From the NCBI GenBank assembly GCA_965217865.1, contig CBDCJO010000002.1, positions 608,001 through 672,000 of the forward strand: a DNA stretch of 64,000 nucleotides, given 5' to 3'. The first letter of the stretch is position 1; each line of letters opens with the position of its first letter. The position numbers and the translations under genes are program-made. Of the stretch, positions 62,434 to 64,000 are shown piece after piece. The notes under the pieces were generated by a model, which searched no databases, was not told the DNA's origin, and worked only from the letters and a program-made list of their open reading frames with translations. The stretch comes from Candidatus Latescibacterota bacterium (GTDB lineage Bacteria > Latescibacterota > UBA2968 > SICM01).

Positions 62434-63039
62434 CTATACCTTCAAACCTTCGATCATCGTATCGATCACCTGGTTGACCAGTTTGTCTCTCTCAACCCAG
62501 GGAAAATCGGGAAACGTGATGATCAAGGACGTGACACCGTGGACCGCTGACCACACCGCTTGACCGGTGGTTTCGACATCCACCTGGCGGAATTTCTCCT
62601 GTCGAATACATTCTCTGACCACCGCGTGCAGGTAGTCAAACATCATTGTGGCGGGGGAGCCTTCTGGCAGGCCTAAGCCCTTCTGGTACTGGGGACGGAG
62701 GATAAACGTCAGTTTGTAATCCTCCGGATATTTAAGGCCAAATTCGGCATATGCCCGTGCGCATTTTCGCAGGGCCTCGACTGGGTCGCTCAGATCTTGA
62801 AAGAGCGTCTCAAGCGTGTTTAGCAAGTTTCTGTGCGTTTCGTCGCAGACAGAAGCCAGGAGTTCTGCTTTGTTTTTGAAATAAAGGTAGATCGTCGTCG
62901 GAGAGTACTCGATCTTATCCGCAACCTTTCGCATGGAGACGTTCTCGTAGCCTTCATTTACGAAAAGTTCTCGTGCCTCATCGATGATTAGCTGGCGCAG
63001 CTTTCCTTTGTCCCTGGCTCTGCGTTCTTGAACACCCAT
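62434..63039 (-). CDS. TetR/AcrR regulator (WHG-type C-terminus)
   Basis: ARELFVNEGYENVSMRKVADKIEYSPTTIYLYFKNK; WSAVHG. Confidence 0.95.
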   Translation of the reverse strand: MGVQERRARDKGKLRQLIIDEARELFVNEGYENVSMRKVADKIEYSPTTIYLYFKNKAELLASVCDETHRNLLNTLETLFQDLSDPVEALRKCARAYAEFGLKYPEDYKLTFILRPQYQKGLGLPEGSPATMMFDYLHAVVRECIRQEKFRQVDVETTGQAVWSAVHGVTSLIITFPDFPWVERDKLVNQVIDTMIEGLKV

Positions 63040-63072
63040 ATATCCTTGCTTTCAATTTGTGTCGTTAATTTA

Positions 63073-63114
63073 CTTAACGATGTTAAGCATACCACACGTT
63101 TCGCCTTTTGTCAA
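63073..63114 (-). promoter_or_regulatory. Sigma70 promoter of tetR with adjacent operator
   Basis: TTGACA-17-TATGCT on the minus strand, overlapping the palindrome cttaac-gat-gttaag at 63073-63087. Confidence 0.7.
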
Positions 63115-63291
63115 GAGTATTTTTCATTTCTGGGTCATGTTCTTCTAATCCTGCTATGTTGTGTTACATCAGTATTTTTTCTAAATCAATTATCACTACA
63201 TAATTAGGCTCATGCGTGCTACGCTTTGTAAAATAACTCACTTCACGCTCATCCCTTGAACCCTGCGTCTTTGTGCGCCCCGTCGAAAGAA

Positions 63292-63696
63292 TCACCCTGA
63301 AGATCCGACCGTGGGCGTCCACCGCCCCTCGACTCGATAAGCTTCTTCTTCGCCCGGCCACGGCGGCATCGTGACGCCGACCGCTGCAAGCGGCTCGTTT
63401 TCCAAGCACCGAAACTGGAAATGCGTCCCCACCGGAATCGTGATGCAGACACCCGGATCCACGCTCACGATCTCTTCCCGTTCATCCTGCTTACGCCACA
63501 TCTCCCCATGCCCTTTCAGGAAGAACCAGATCTCTTCCACCGTCCGATGGGCGACCGCAGCCGATGTACGGTCGGGCCCGAGCTCGAAATGGGCGAGGCT
63601 GCCGCCGTCGAGCTGAAGCAGGATACGGACGTCCGATCCATCCAGCGCAACCACATCCCGTTCTACGGGAAGGCGTTTGGTGTCAAATTCATCCAC
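63292..63696 (-). CDS. Cupin domain protein
   Basis: AHRTVEEIWFFLKGHGEMW...IPVGTHFQF. Confidence 0.88.
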   Translation of the reverse strand: MDEFDTKRLPVERDVVALDGSDVRILLQLDGGSLAHFELGPDRTSAAVAHRTVEEIWFFLKGHGEMWRKQDEREEIVSVDPGVCITIPVGTHFQFRCLENEPLAAVGVTMPPWPGEEEAYRVEGRWTPTVGSSG

Positions 63697-63755
63697 CCGT
63701 CGATTCCTTTCTCTGCTTGGGCCGAATCAAATCGATATGGGGGGACCGGAAACAG

Positions 63756-63796
63756 AAAAGGCCTGTAGATCCTGTTGAGGCGGCTACAGGCCTTTT
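63756..63796. terminator. Intrinsic terminator hairpin
   Basis: aaaaggcctgtag...ctacaggcctttt. Confidence 0.7.
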
Positions 63797-63845
63797 CGTT
63801 TTTGGTTAAGATTCCTTTGCCGCGTCTCCCGACGACGCAACTTGG

Positions 63846-64000
63846 TTATTTCGGCTGGGGCACGATTCGGATATACGGCAGCGGTGACTTCCAGCCGTCT
63901 GGATATGTCTTTTCGGCCTCTTCGTTCGACACCGCCGGAAGGATGATCACGTCGTCGCCTTGCGTCCAGTTGACGGGGGTGGCCACTTTCTTCGTTGCGG
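63846..64000 (-). CDS. 1-Cys peroxiredoxin C-terminus (partial)
   Basis: KVATPVNWTQGDDVII...PYIRIVPQPK*. Confidence 0.85.
   Translation of the reverse strand, partial: ATKKVATPVNWTQGDDVIILPAVSNEEAEKTYPDGWKSPLPYIRIVPQPK

Overview
Bacterial accessory-genome window with moderate to high GC, many gene fragments, and no rRNA, tRNA or CRISPR array that I could see. (1) 1-15.5 kb, minus strand: one co-oriented hybrid CRISPR-Cas locus. A type I-G (I-U) module (cas3 with C-terminal HD, csx17/cas8g, csb1/cas7, csb2/cas5-6) is followed by a PIN toxin-like pair. Next comes a reduced type III-A module: a 489-aa Cas10 with no HD domain but an intact GGDD, csm2, csm3 with an in-frame TAG, and csm4, with no csm5 or cas6. 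The locus ends with a CARF-HEPN effector, a cas4 relic, cas2 and a frameshifted cas4-cas1 fusion. (2) 15.7-27.8 kb: mobile and defence debris, including a MobA relaxase relic, duplicated HGGxSTG genes, HigBA and Csx1 relics, two HEPN-like genes, an IS1380 fragment and a three-gene Gly-rich/unknown/ART-like operon. (3) 28-35 kb: an AT-richer, damaged RiPP-type cluster with an E1-like/halogenase fusion, UPF0489 peptide arginase, ACP, S8-DUF1611 fusion, rSAM-SPASM, cupin and VOC-methyltransferase. (4) Two near-identical IS1182/IS5-like copies, and a complete IS1595-family element (TIRs plus 8-bp TSD) carrying a DNA methyltransferase-HNH fusion. (5) Ordinary metabolic and detoxification genes, TA pairs and a TetR with operators. 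All family calls come from motif recognition by eye; no searches were run.
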